Counted from the stretch's first letter, positions 9,811 to 20,419 are shown. The stretch: 64,000 nucleotides of DNA from an uncultured delta proteobacterium (GCA_963771465.1 CAVYTU010000015.1:928001-992000), one strand, 5' to 3'. Translations and numbers: made by a program. The notes: a model not told the origin generated them from the letters alone.

Positions 9811-10803
9811 ATGAGTCGATGGAGACGATGCGAAATTCTGCTCCTGATTTCTTGCCTTGGGATTCAGCTCTCGCCGGCAAACGTTTTCGCCGCCGATAGC
9901 GGCGATAAACTGACCCGCATTCGCATGGGATTGGCGGCCAGGAGCACGACCTCGATGCCGTTCTTCGTCGCCAAGGAGCGCGGCTTTTTCCGCGAGGAGG
10001 GATTGGAAGTCGAGCTGATCGTCATGCAGGCTATCCAAACGATCCAAGCGACGTTAGGCAACAGCACCCAATTCGCATCCGCCACCGGCAGCGCCGTCAG
10101 CGCCGCCGTGAGAGGCGCCGGTATCAAAGTAATCCTGGCGGTCACGGATCGGCCATCCTTTGATCTTATCGCCCAGCCGGGGATCACTAGCGTGCAGCAG
10201 TTACGCGGCAAGAAGATCGGCACCGGCGGCGTCGGCTCGCTGGCGGAAATCCTCACGCGGCGAATTCTCGTCGTTAATAACGTTCGCCCCGAGGATGTGA
10301 CGATTCTGGCAACCGGGCCAAGTCATGTGACATATCTGTCACTCAAAGCTAAGGTCATCGACGCCGCGCCGTTGCAGATGCCTCTGACGTTCACCGCGCA
10401 AGACGAAGGGTTTCGCAAGCTGGTAGCCGCCGGCGACGTTTATCAAACGGTGCAAGGTGGCCTGGCGACGACCAGCGCCCTGTTATCGGAGCAACCCGAG
10501 TTGGTCACCAAAGTGGTGCGCGCGATGTTGCGGGCGACTCGTCTGATCAAGTCGGACAAGAAATACGGCGTGGATTTCATCAAGGGACCTTGGCTGGATA
10601 TCGGCAAGGATCCGGAAAAGATCGCCGCGCGCGTCTATGACATCGCCGCTCCTGCGCTCCTGGAAAACGGCACCGTGAGTGAGGATATTCAGCGCCAGAT
10701 GATCGCCGATGCTGCGGCCCAGATTAAACCGAAGCAGCCGGTGCTCACAGAGCAGGTTTTTGACTTCAGTATCGCGCAGCGGGTGAGCCAGTCGTTGCGC
10801 TGA
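9811..10803 (+). CDS. NitT/TauT-type ABC substrate-binding protein
   Basis: PFFVAKERGFFREEGLEVEL, LRGKKIG, VFDFSIA. Confidence 0.9.
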   Translation: MSRWRRCEILLLISCLGIQLSPANVFAADSGDKLTRIRMGLAARSTTSMPFFVAKERGFFREEGLEVELIVMQAIQTIQATLGNSTQFASATGSAVSAAVRGAGIKVILAVTDRPSFDLIAQPGITSVQQLRGKKIGTGGVGSLAEILTRRILVVNNVRPEDVTILATGPSHVTYLSLKAKVIDAAPLQMPLTFTAQDEGFRKLVAAGDVYQTVQGGLATTSALLSEQPELVTKVVRAMLRATRLIKSDKKYGVDFIKGPWLDIGKDPEKIAARVYDIAAPALLENGTVSEDIQRQMIADAAAQIKPKQPVLTEQVFDFSIAQRVSQSLR

Positions 10804-10934
10804 GAAAACACGACAAGCAGCCCGCCGAATACCATTTTTAAACCCCGAGTCGCCCCTCAGAGGAACAGACCCATTGTCTTCTACGGCAGCATCGCGCCGG
10901 CTCGCTGCTTCAATTTCAACTGCGGAATCAGAGT

Positions 10935-11519
10935 TTATGTATGCGGCCGCCACATGTGCCAGGACGTCGTGCCGATAACCTCTTCTTCGCGCTGGACGAT
11001 GAAACCGAACCGTTTGTAGAATTCGACGTTTTCCCGCCGGTCGGTTTCGAGATAGCCGGCGATTTTTTCTTGCACTATATGCTCGATATAACGCTCCATG
11101 AGCGCGCTGCCGACTCCGCGCCGCTGCAGTTCGGGAGCGACGGCGATGGGCCCGAGATGCACATGCGGTTGGTCAGGATCGAGGTGACACCAGCGGGTAA
11201 ACCACCTGATGACTTTGGGGATCGCCTCGTTCAACGGTCTGAGCAAAGTCGCGAAAACCTGCGGCAATTCCTCCGGCGCAGGGAGACAATAAGGCGACTC
11301 ATTAAAGTGGACAAAGCCGGCCACCGCGCCATCGACTAGCGCGACATAGGCGGGGCCGATAAACATATGCCTAAGGCCGATGCGAAAGAACAAGCGATTC
11401 TGATCGATACGGCCGGCGCCGAACGCGGCAAGATGAAGCGGATTGGTAACGAATGCGTTAGCGAGTACGGTCACGCACTCGTCCAATCGATCGGCGGAAT
11501 ATTTTTTTACTTCGACCAC
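10935..11519 (-). CDS. GNAT family N-acetyltransferase
   Basis: IAVAPELQRRGVGSALM acetyl-CoA motif; YLET, NVEFYKRFGF. Confidence 0.9.
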   Translation of the reverse strand: MVEVKKYSADRLDECVTVLANAFVTNPLHLAAFGAGRIDQNRLFFRIGLRHMFIGPAYVALVDGAVAGFVHFNESPYCLPAPEELPQVFATLLRPLNEAIPKVIRWFTRWCHLDPDQPHVHLGPIAVAPELQRRGVGSALMERYIEHIVQEKIAGYLETDRRENVEFYKRFGFIVQREEEVIGTTSWHMWRPHT

Positions 11520-11540
11520 CGGTTTGAACAGGCGGCGCGG

Positions 11541-12299
11541 TTACTTGAAAGCCTTGAGCCGCTCTTGCATCTCGCGCGCGGAAATCTCTTGTCCATACAG
11601 CGGGCCGCCTTGGGCGAAGAGCTTGGTGCGTTCGAGGGAACCGACGACCACCGGATCGAAACCGGCGTCGCGCACCAACCGCGACGCCACCTTTAACGCC
11701 TCGGGGTCATCACCACCGATGGGAATCGCCATGCGCTCGCCGGCACGATTCGCATTGCTGGCGAGGCGGCGAAAGCTCATTAGGTTCAAAGCGCGCACGA
11801 TGCGCGCGCCGGACAAATATTTCGCCGATGTGATCCCCACGCCGACTTCGCGCGCTTCCTTGGCAACCTCGCCGTCGCGGTTCAGCACCGCGTTGGTGGC
11901 ATCGAGGACGATCTTGCCGGCGAAATCCGCCGCGTAGTCCCTGCCGATCTGCGGTATCGCGCCGTAGGGCACGGCGATGAGCATCGCGTCGCCAAACGCC
12001 AACGCTTCTTTTACCGTACCGGCGCGCGCCAGCGGTCCGAGTTTATCGACCAAGGGTTTGAGCTGTTCGGGATTACGCGATGAAAACAGCACCTGATGGC
12101 CGGCCTTCACCCAAAGCTCGCCCACCGTGCCGCCGATGTTGCCCGAACCAATGATGCCAATCTTCATGGCGCTCGGGCTCGGAGTCGATTGCGCGAGGAG
12201 CGAGCGCGGTGAAATCGCACAGGCAAAAATTACTGCCGCGAGCGCGACGGTGCGCCATAAACGTTGGCAGCGAATATCCAAGCGCGCATATTTCGTCAT
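11541..12299 (-). CDS. NADP oxidoreductase, F420-dependent (F420_oxidored) family, with N-terminal export-like peptide
   Basis: KIGIIGSGNIGG Rossmann motif, IAVPY, LDATN, GDDPEA; GGGAG RBS before ATG 12299. Confidence 0.85.
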   Translation of the reverse strand: MTKYARLDIRCQRLWRTVALAAVIFACAISPRSLLAQSTPSPSAMKIGIIGSGNIGGTVGELWVKAGHQVLFSSRNPEQLKPLVDKLGPLARAGTVKEALAFGDAMLIAVPYGAIPQIGRDYAADFAGKIVLDATNAVLNRDGEVAKEAREVGVGITSAKYLSGARIVRALNLMSFRRLASNANRAGERMAIPIGGDDPEALKVASRLVRDAGFDPVVVGSLERTKLFAQGGPLYGQEISAREMQERLKAFK

Positions 12300-12419
12300 G
12301 ACAGACTCCCTTTCAGAGCGTTTCTCGACACAAAGTGGCAAAATTCCATGATTAAGATTAATCACAATCAAACTTCCTTTTCGAACGGCGCAGCTGCCCC
12401 ATGCCGTGCCAGCTTTCCT

Positions 12420-13400
12420 CTACTTCTGCGCCCGCTGGTTACGTTTGGTGCCGAGCTCGTCGAGAATCGAAAAATCCATGACTCGAGTGGCGCTCAAGGC
12501 GCCGAGCTTTTTGTCCATGTAGGCGGACATACGGATGAGATTCTTGACGGCGTCCTCCGGCGGGTAAAGCGTCGGCTCGGAATTGACATGGAGGTATTGA
12601 TAGGCGAAGTCGAGATTCTCGCTGTCGTTGGTATTTAACAATTGCGTCAAAGGCCGCATGGTGCCTTCCCGGTTGTCGACCAGATAGCGCGTGGCGTCGG
12701 CAAACGCTTTGACAAATTTCTTGACCGCGGTTCGGTTGGTTGCGGCGTAGGAACGTTTGACCGCGATCGGCGCGTTCATGAACGGCGTCGGCTTGCCGCG
12801 CAGAACGAAGAAGCCGCGTTTCTTCATGATCGGTTCGAGCAGCACGTCGGCCAGCGTGGCGTCGATGCCGCCGCGCATCAAAGCCGCTACCCGCTCCTGC
12901 GAGCCGCCTCCCATCTGCAACAAGGTTAAATCTTTCACTGGATCGAGGCCGGCGTCTTGGAGCAAAACCTGGATGATCAGCCACGGCTTGCTGCCGGCGC
13001 GATTGACGCCGACTTTCTTGCCGCGCAGTTCGCGGATATCGGTGATTTTTTCCCGCGTCACCCAAACATAAGGCACCAGATTGTCCCAGCTGCCGAGCAC
13101 GACTACATCCGCGCCTTGCGCATGGCTCGGCAGCAATCCCGTGGGCGCCCCGGAGGCGGCTTGAACATCGCCGGATATCAGCGCTTGATAAGTCGTCGGC
13201 GCACTATTGATCCTGATCGGTTCGACGGTCAAACCCTCGCGCTGAAAAAAGCCTTTGTCACTGGCAACCAGTAGTGGAAAGGCCGCTGTTGGAAACAGCG
13301 GAATAGCGACACGCATGGTCTCCTGGGCCGCCACGTTTCGCGCCATAATTCCGACGACAAGAACGATTAACGGCCAGCCGTAAATAGTGACGATTCTCAT
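12420..13400 (-). CDS. NitT/TauT-type ABC substrate-binding protein
   Basis: PLLVASDKGFFQREGL, LRGKKVG, MDFSILDEL; GGAGG RBS. Confidence 0.9.
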   Translation of the reverse strand: MRIVTIYGWPLIVLVVGIMARNVAAQETMRVAIPLFPTAAFPLLVASDKGFFQREGLTVEPIRINSAPTTYQALISGDVQAASGAPTGLLPSHAQGADVVVLGSWDNLVPYVWVTREKITDIRELRGKKVGVNRAGSKPWLIIQVLLQDAGLDPVKDLTLLQMGGGSQERVAALMRGGIDATLADVLLEPIMKKRGFFVLRGKPTPFMNAPIAVKRSYAATNRTAVKKFVKAFADATRYLVDNREGTMRPLTQLLNTNDSENLDFAYQYLHVNSEPTLYPPEDAVKNLIRMSAYMDKKLGALSATRVMDFSILDELGTKRNQRAQK

Positions 13401-13528
13401 TCGAGCCTCCGGCTATAACTTGGCAAACCCAGAACCGTGAATGCGACAACCTGGACAATTTTGCCACCCGATTCCTACATAAGTTCATAAAACATACTCG
13501 AAGCTTACAGGGTTTGCGCCATCCTGCC

Positions 13529-13545
13529 CTGGTATGGTTTATGCC
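13529..13545 (+). promoter_or_regulatory. Putative sigma54 promoter
   Basis: CTGGTATGGTTTATGCC, GG-N10-GC. Confidence 0.55.
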
Positions 13546-13571
13546 TGTTTATTAGCGACATGAGACGGTCG

Positions 13572-13730
13572 ATGTGGCTACGACGTGGTTTAGCGATCGC
13601 GTTCCTCTACGCCATCGGATTGGCCGAAGCATATTATCTGCCCCGCTACGGTATGGAAATCTTCCTCGGCTCGCTCGCCGCTACCGCTTTTCTCGCCGGA
13701 CTATGGTTGCGCACTCGCTGGTACTTCTGA
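13572..13730 (+). CDS. Two-TM membrane microprotein (52 aa; 56 aa from ATG 13560)
   Basis: Manual translation MWLRRGLAIAFLYAIGLAEAYYLPRYGMEIFLGSLAATAFLAGLWLRTRWYF; absent from the ORF track because of its size. Confidence 0.65.
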   Translation: MWLRRGLAIAFLYAIGLAEAYYLPRYGMEIFLGSLAATAFLAGLWLRTRWYF

Positions 13731-13846
13731 CCGGTACGATCGCGCGTAAGCCAAGATCGACTTGCGTCAAATCGCCAAGCTTGGAAAAAGTTGCGTACTT
13801 TGCAGCCAAATTTCTGAATCCGAACTCCGTCTTGCCCTTGCCACCG

Positions 13847-14998
13847 CTACTTGCCCTTGGCCGCGCTCGCTAGCGCTTTCTTGATAATATCGCGGATCGC
13901 ATCGAGCTCGCCGATCCACTCCGGGTTGAGCCAAAGGAACTTTGCGCCTTTCACCCGGCGCGCGCGCTCGCTGACTTTGTCCTTGGAAATGTCTTCGCGC
14001 AAAGAATCATAAAGCCCGCCGGTCTTTTGATTCGAGTCGAGCCACGCCGTCTGACCTTCGCGCGAGAGTAGCCAGTTAGCGGCAACTTTCGCAGCGTTGG
14101 GATGGGGCGCGCGGTTGAAATAGCTCAAGGTGCCGTTATAGGCCGTCACCGAAGAACCTTCCTTGAGCGACGCAGGGAGAAATTGATTGAGCGGCAGCCC
14201 TTGCATCATGGCGGTATCGACATCGCGCGCGCCAATGCCAAAAGCATATTTTCCTGCGCTCAGCCAATCGAGCATCTGTTCATTGGAGCGCACGATGGCG
14301 ATCTCGGTATCGGCGTGAAAGCGGCGCAGAAACTCCGGGCCGAGATCGGGATGCTTGTAAAAGAAGATATGCGCCGCGCTGATCGGACCGGAAACCAGCG
14401 GATCGACCGAGACAAACTTGCCTTTCCATTTTGGGTGGAGCAAATCCCAGTAGGATTTGATCTCCGTAGAATTGACCAGCTTGGTGTTGTAAGTAATCTC
14501 GCCGCTGCGCGGCGTGCCTTCGAAGACAAAGATGAAACGGTTCTCCGGATCGTCGTAGTGATGCTTGCCCTCGTACCAAACAGAAGTATCCAGAACTTCC
14601 GGTAATAGCAGCAACGGTTTGACCGGCTCTAGAATCTTGGCTTTGTGAAATACCGTCAGCGGCGAAATATTTCCCGAAACGTAAAGATCGACGGCAAATC
14701 TTTCCGCGCGCCGCTCGCTCATGACGCGCTGGCTGAGATCGGGGCCGCGCCCGGTCACCAAGGTGACTCTTATTTTCGGAAATTTCTTCTGAAACACCTC
14801 GCGAAACACCGGCTCGAACGCTTGAGTCATGTAGATGACCAGCGCGCCTTCTTCTTCCGCCGCTTTGACCGTCTTCTCCCACTCAATTTGCCACGCCGGC
14901 CGCGAGTCGGCGGCATTGGCAATGCGCACGGATGACGCTGAAATCCAGACCCCAAGTGAGCCGATCAAAGCCAGCCATTTCCTCGCCGCGTTTACCAC
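13847..14998 (-). CDS. ABC-type extracellular solute-binding protein (AfuA-like)
   Basis: WEKTVKAAEEEG, SERRA, YWDLLHPKWKGK, APHPNAAKVAANWLLSREGQ. Confidence 0.9.
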   Translation of the reverse strand: MVNAARKWLALIGSLGVWISASSVRIANAADSRPAWQIEWEKTVKAAEEEGALVIYMTQAFEPVFREVFQKKFPKIRVTLVTGRGPDLSQRVMSERRAERFAVDLYVSGNISPLTVFHKAKILEPVKPLLLLPEVLDTSVWYEGKHHYDDPENRFIFVFEGTPRSGEITYNTKLVNSTEIKSYWDLLHPKWKGKFVSVDPLVSGPISAAHIFFYKHPDLGPEFLRRFHADTEIAIVRSNEQMLDWLSAGKYAFGIGARDVDTAMMQGLPLNQFLPASLKEGSSVTAYNGTLSYFNRAPHPNAAKVAANWLLSREGQTAWLDSNQKTGGLYDSLREDISKDKVSERARRVKGAKFLWLNPEWIGELDAIRDIIKKALASAAKGK

Positions 14999-15043
14999 AG
15001 TGGCTCCGTTTGATAGCCTCCTGTCCGATCACTCATCGCGGCC

Positions 15044-16696
15044 TTATGCTCCGGCAGCTGTAAACACCGCCTGTAATATCTGCCGGGCTTCGGATTCAAT
15101 AGTCTTCAGGTGATCCTCCGACAGCAAACTCTCCGCGTAGATCTTGCACAAATCCTCAGTCCCCGAAGGCCGCACCGCAAACCAGCCACTGCGCGCCGAC
15201 ACTTTGAGGCCACCGATGGAAGCACCGTTACCCGGCGCGTGAGTCAACTTTGCGGTGATCGGCTCACCGGCGAGCTCGCCCGCTGTTAGCGAATCGGGAC
15301 GAAGCGCCTTCAACGCGTTTTTCTGCGCCGCCGTCGCCGGCAAATCGACACGCGTATAATAAGGCTTGCCAAGTTCGCGTGTCAGTTCCTCGTAGCAACT
15401 CGCGGCATCACGACCGGTCGTGGCAATCATTTCAGCTGCGAGCAAGCAAAGAATGATGCCGTCCTTGTCCGTGGTCCATACGGTTCCGTCTTGGCAAAGA
15501 AAACTAGCGCCGGCGCTCTCCTCACCGCCGAAGCACACCGAGCCATCGAATAGCCCAGGAGAAAACCACTTGAAACCGACCGGAACTTCGAAGAGTTTGC
15601 GATCGAGCTTTTCAACCACTCGATCGATGAGACAACTGCTGACCAAGGTTTTGCCGACGGCGGCGTCTTTGTTCCACTGCGGCCGGTTCGATAGCAAATA
15701 GTAAATTGCCACGGCGAGATAATGATTGGGATTCATCAATCCCATGGAAGGCGTGACGATGCCGTGGCGGTCCGAGTCGGCGTCGTTGCCGAAAGCGACT
15801 TGAAAGCGATCTTTGAGCTGAACCAAACTCGCCATCGCGTATGGACTCGAACAGTCCATGCGAATCTTACCGTCGTGATCCAACGTCATAAAGCGAAACG
15901 TCGGATCGACTTGCGAATTCACCACGGTCAGATCGAGCTGATAGCGCTCGGCGATCTTCTGCCAGTAACCGAGCGCCGCGCCACCCAAGGGGTCGACGCC
16001 GATCTTAACCCGCTCGGAACGAATCCGTTCCATGTCGATGACAGCGGTCAAATCGTCAACGTAAGGACTAACGAGATCTTCTTGATGCGTCGTTGGAGCT
16101 CTAAGCGCCGAAGCGTAGGAAACATGCTTTACACTGCGATTGGCTTCGCGCAGCAGAGCATTGGCACGGGCTTGGATCCAGTCGGTGACATCCGTGTCCG
16201 CCGGCCCGCCATCCGGCGGATTATATTTGAAGCCGCCATCAGCAGGCGGATTGTGCGACGGCGTGACGACGATGCCGTCGCCCAGTCGATTTTTTTTGCC
16301 GCGGTTGCAAACCAGAATCGCGCGCGAAATCGAAGGTGTCGGGGTAAAACCGTCATCACGCTGAATGATCGTGTCCACGCCGTTCGCCGCCAGCACTTCC
16401 AGCGCTGTTCGCTGCGCCGGACCGGACACCGCGTGGGTATCTTTGCCCATGAACAACGGCCCGGTAATATGCTTACTCGCGCGGTACTCGCAGATCGCCT
16501 GGGTGATGGCAAGAATATGCGCTTCGTTCAGACTCGCACTGAGCGAACTGCCACGGTGGCCACTGGTGCCGAAAGCAACTAATTGCGCTGGATCATCGAC
16601 ATTTGGCGCCTGGTCGTAATAAGCCTTCTCAACCGCGGCAACGTCGATCAAGATCTCGGCGGGCGCCGGTTTGCCGGCTAACGGATGAATCGACAT
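15044..16696 (-). CDS. pgm: Phosphoglucomutase, alpha-D-glucose phosphate-specific
   Basis: [14 protein letters not shown] phosphoserine loop, DADSDR metal loop, GEES, RPSGTE. Confidence 0.97.
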   Translation of the reverse strand: MSIHPLAGKPAPAEILIDVAAVEKAYYDQAPNVDDPAQLVAFGTSGHRGSSLSASLNEAHILAITQAICEYRASKHITGPLFMGKDTHAVSGPAQRTALEVLAANGVDTIIQRDDGFTPTPSISRAILVCNRGKKNRLGDGIVVTPSHNPPADGGFKYNPPDGGPADTDVTDWIQARANALLREANRSVKHVSYASALRAPTTHQEDLVSPYVDDLTAVIDMERIRSERVKIGVDPLGGAALGYWQKIAERYQLDLTVVNSQVDPTFRFMTLDHDGKIRMDCSSPYAMASLVQLKDRFQVAFGNDADSDRHGIVTPSMGLMNPNHYLAVAIYYLLSNRPQWNKDAAVGKTLVSSCLIDRVVEKLDRKLFEVPVGFKWFSPGLFDGSVCFGGEESAGASFLCQDGTVWTTDKDGIILCLLAAEMIATTGRDAASCYEELTRELGKPYYTRVDLPATAAQKNALKALRPDSLTAGELAGEPITAKLTHAPGNGASIGGLKVSARSGWFAVRPSGTEDLCKIYAESLLSEDHLKTIESEARQILQAVFTAAGA

Positions 16697-17025
16697 CTCT
16701 TTCCTACCCTTCTCTAAATCTTTCGTCTCCTAGTCCGTTTGTCAGTGCAACAAATTTTTGCGATAGAAGCTAACCCCCGGCAGCATCATAAACTCAGAAC
16801 TTTGCAATTGCCACGCGCATTCGGTGTGCAAGCGCACGCACGGAAACAAGGTCAAGTTGACAATTTCCATAGCCGGATGGTATCTGCAAACTTCCGTAGG
16901 GCATAGTCTTACGACGACACAATGCGTGATGTCGAGCGCGGCGTATCGGCGACACGACGAAGTGTTCGTACAAGCCTTGAGCGCCGAAACGCCGGGATAT
17001 AAACCGGATGGCATAGGAGTATCCG

Positions 17026-18129
17026 ATGAAACAGCAGCCAAAAATCATCGATGGCGACGGTCATATTTTCGAGGACGGCGACGCCATCGCCCGTCATTTT
17101 CCCTACAGCGCGGTTGGCGGCCGCCTGCGCAGCGGCGTATTTCCGCTCAATAGCCATATCCAGTATTCACTGACTCGCACTCCGCCCGGCGCCTTCGCGA
17201 CAAATTCTGAAGGTCGGTTTCAAAACCCCGGACCCGAAGGATGGATTGAATTCATGGACCAGGTCGGCTTCGATTATGCGGTTCTCTTTCCGACCGCCGG
17301 GCAACGCATCGGCCGCATCGTCGACCGCGACTACGCTTGCGGCGCGGCCCGTGCGTACAACGACTGGCTGGCCGAAACTTATCTGCGGCGCGATTCACGT
17401 TTCAAAGGCATCGCCTTGCTGCCGATGCACGATGCCGACGCCGCGTTGGCGGAATTGCAGCACGCTCATCAAGAATTGGGCATGTGCGCCGTGCTGTTCC
17501 CGGCCACTGGCGTGCATTTAAACCTCGGTGCCAAGCACTACTGGCCGGTGTACGCGGAAGCGGCTCGGCTGGGCTGTCCCATTGTCGTTCACGGCGGCGG
17601 CCACTGGGATCTCGGCATGGACACGATGAACGTTTCCACCGGCGCCAATGCCATTGGTCATCCGATGTCGCTAGCGATTGCGTTGGCGGAGATGCTCTTC
17701 AACAACCTCTTCGAGCGCTTCCCCGGCCTGCGCGTGGCTTATCTCGAGGGCGGACCGCTCTGGTTTCTCATGGCCCTCGAACGTTTTTCTCGATCTTATG
17801 AGGCGGGGATTCCGATCAACCCGCGCGGCGAGCTGTTGCACTTACCCGAGGGTCAATCAGTCGCTGATTATCTCCGCGCGCTTATTCAGGCCGGCCGCCT
17901 GGTTGTGGGCATCGAAGGCGGGGAATCAGACCTTGCCTACGCGATCAAAGTTGCCGGGGAGCAAGCGTTCATGTTCTCATCAGACTTTCCGCACGAGGTG
18001 AACATCCATACGATCAACAAAGAAATTCGCGAACTGCGCAAGCGTGAGGAGATCAGTGAAATGGCCAAGCGGGCGATTCTGTGCGAAAACGCCGCGCGCT
18101 TCTACAAGTTAGATTCGGCGTCAAACTAG
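17026..18129 (+). CDS. Amidohydrolase_2 family protein
   Basis: IIDGDGH, AYNDWL, VVHGG, FERFPGLRVAYLEGG, SSDFPH, NAARFY. Confidence 0.92.
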   Translation: MKQQPKIIDGDGHIFEDGDAIARHFPYSAVGGRLRSGVFPLNSHIQYSLTRTPPGAFATNSEGRFQNPGPEGWIEFMDQVGFDYAVLFPTAGQRIGRIVDRDYACGAARAYNDWLAETYLRRDSRFKGIALLPMHDADAALAELQHAHQELGMCAVLFPATGVHLNLGAKHYWPVYAEAARLGCPIVVHGGGHWDLGMDTMNVSTGANAIGHPMSLAIALAEMLFNNLFERFPGLRVAYLEGGPLWFLMALERFSRSYEAGIPINPRGELLHLPEGQSVADYLRALIQAGRLVVGIEGGESDLAYAIKVAGEQAFMFSSDFPHEVNIHTINKEIRELRKREEISEMAKRAILCENAARFYKLDSASN

Positions 18130-18157
18130 ACGCCGGCAAAAAGAGTTGCGCCCCGTT

Positions 18158-18298
18158 CCTAAATCCGTGCGCTTTCTTTTGGACTTCGTCGGACGCTGTT
18201 ATCCGAAAGCCAAATGCGTTAGCGAAATCGAATTCACCGACCTGACATTGCTGGATAAAATCCAGCGTTCCAATTTTCCATAACAGCTGGGCAAGTAA
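18158..18298 (+). pseudogene. C-terminal remnant of a NitT/TauT-type substrate-binding protein
   Basis: Manual translation PKSVRFLLDFVGRCYPKAKCVSEIEFTDLTLLDKIQRSNF resembles SBP C-termini; no start, internal stop. Confidence 0.55.
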
Positions 18299-18734
18299 GC
18301 GTTCGCAGATTTGCTAACGGGTGAAAAGCAGGATCTGGCCCGAATTCTTTGAAAAGGTCAGAATTTGTTTTGCAGCAAGGCGTGTCGTGCAGGCATTATT
18401 CGAAACGCGAGACGCGCTGCCGAACCGGCGAGGTTTGAACGCCGAAGATAGTCGAGGAGTAAAAGACAGACCCCGTTCCCAATTATTATTGACAGTTTTC
18501 GGCTCTAGGATCGCGACTCACCCGGCACGGGCCAAGCTCAGTTTGACAGAGCGCTTCGTTACCGGATACTTTTCCAGCAAAGATGAGCGCAGGTCTGGTT
18601 CACTTTTTTCAGGTGGTTAGCTAAGGCTGTCGGAAACTGGCTCGCAAAGCTTGCTCGGGAGGAGCTGCAATTTGTGTCGGGGCCGACCTACTCAAAAGGA
18701 AATTTCTATAATCTGTCAATTGAAGGAGAGCTGC

Positions 18735-19514
18735 ATGGCGAAACGACGAAACCCACTGATGCTTGCCATCATCACCTGCGCCCTGGCACTGTCAACCGGC
18801 TGTGCGACGCAACAGGAGTTGACGCCTATACAGTCCGCCGAGACGCCGCTGATCGCCAAGGGGCGAGCGCTCTTCAATGACGTGAAACTGTCGGCGGACG
18901 GCAAGTGGTCGTGTGCATCCTGCCACCCGAATCACGGTCACACCAACAACAAGACCTACGTCGGCCTCAACGTGGTGCCGGACGGCGACCCGAATGGCCG
19001 CAGCACGCCGACGCTCTGGGGCGCGGCCACCCGGCAGGCCTTCTCCTGGGCGGGCACCGCCCCGAGCCTGCAAGCCAACATGCGTGGAATCATCGTCAAC
19101 CGCATGAAGGGGCCCGAACCCTCGCCCGATACGCTGGACGCCCTGGAGACCTATGTCAGATCGCTCGGTTATCCGCCGAACCCCAACCTCAACGCCGATG
19201 GAACCCCGTCGACCGCCGCGCCTACCGCAGCCAAACGCGGCTACGCCGTCTTCATCCAGGCGGGCTGTCAGGCATGCCATCTGCCGCCGACCTTCGACAA
19301 GAAGGATGTCGAGGACGTCTTAGTTGGAGGGAAGTTCAAGGTTCCCTCGCTGCGCGCCGTTTCCCACACCGCTCCCTACTTCCACGATGGCCGCTTCGCG
19401 ACCCTTGAGCAAGCGGTGCGTTACATGTGGGAGTACCAGCAGAAGGCCGGGACGACCGAGAAGCTCACGGAAAACGACCTGAGGGACCTGGTGGAGTTCC
19501 TGCGCATCTTGTGA
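18735..19514 (+). CDS. Di-heme cytochrome c peroxidase/MauG-like lipoprotein
   Basis: Lipobox LSTGC; LFNDVKLS; CASCH and CQACH heme motifs; RSTPTL; KVPSLR..TAPYFHDG; AAGGAG RBS. Confidence 0.88.
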   Translation: MAKRRNPLMLAIITCALALSTGCATQQELTPIQSAETPLIAKGRALFNDVKLSADGKWSCASCHPNHGHTNNKTYVGLNVVPDGDPNGRSTPTLWGAATRQAFSWAGTAPSLQANMRGIIVNRMKGPEPSPDTLDALETYVRSLGYPPNPNLNADGTPSTAAPTAAKRGYAVFIQAGCQACHLPPTFDKKDVEDVLVGGKFKVPSLRAVSHTAPYFHDGRFATLEQAVRYMWEYQQKAGTTEKLTENDLRDLVEFLRIL

Positions 19515-19530
19515 GGCACCCGCAAAACGG

Positions 19531-19600
19531 CAGCTTTGACAATTTGCTTATTCTAGTTGGGCAGAAATGATGAATCGAAATCAAATAATCAAAGCCTGAT
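19531..19600. repeat. REPIN/MITE-like element, copy 1
   Basis: GCTTTGACAATTTG...CAAATAATCAAAGCCTGA; near-identical to 20350-20419; inverted ends. Confidence 0.7.
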
Positions 19601-19749
19601 AAGCGTCTCGTGTCTATTCAGTGGCTTTTAAAGCGCGTCGGGATCGAACATCAGGTCAGCGTCCAGTTAAATGATTTTTTCACACGCCGTTCCCAGACCC
19701 AAATAGTGTTTTTATTTGGCACAGGATAGGGATTAGGCCTGAGTATTAA

Positions 19750-20115
19750 CTATTTAGTCAACACAACGACGAGCTTCTCCTCCATTTGTTTATCTCGATG
19801 TCCCTGATACCAACCGTACAACCGGCTGATCATCGACACGTCCCGATGAAGCCGTCGCCCTAACTCCTTGGTCGTTAGTCCACACCACTCTCGCGCAAGA
19901 TAGACTAACTGCGCTCTTGGCGCTACCCACTGGCGCTGCCGGCCCGCCTGCAACAATACCTTACCATGCCCCCGCTTCATCCCATCTTTCATAAAACTCT
20001 GGTAGCTCCACCTGGCCGCTCCGAGCTGGGAGCTGAATTGGCCGAGCATTTCTTGCGTATCGACTTTGACCGAACTTGCCTTACCGAGATACACGCCGTT
20101 ACTGCTCCATTGATA
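19750..20115 (-). pseudogene. Truncated, internally deleted Y1 (HUH, RAYT-like) transposase with C-terminal HTH
   Basis: YQWSS..YLG, ARWSYQSFM, RAQLVYLAREWCGLTTKELGRRLHRDVSMISR; catalytic N-terminal HUH domain absent. Confidence 0.72.
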
Positions 20116-20349
20116 GCAGAAGCCGGGGAAGCGCTTTTACCGCGGTCTCGAAACTATGCCAATGTCAAAATTAAACGAGTTGTTCATACGAGTCGCGGCA
20201 ATGGCCTCGCCGGCGCGATCAGAAATCCTCTCCATCACCGTGAGCCGCGGTCCGTCGCCGCTTGTGCCGCCGTTATTGGCAGCGGAGTTTCGGCGCTAAT
20301 TCCAGATATTTACATCGTTCATCGCGCCGCGACCGTGAGTGGCCTCGAT

Positions 20350-20419
20350 GTCAGGCTTTGACAATTTGCTCTAGTTAGGCAGGGACGATGAATCGAATAT
20401 CAAATAATCAATGCCTGGC
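20350..20419. repeat. REPIN/MITE-like element, copy 2
   Basis: GTCAGGCTTTGACAATTTG...CAAATAATCAATGCCTGGC; terminal inverted repeats match at 15 of 19 positions. Confidence 0.7.
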
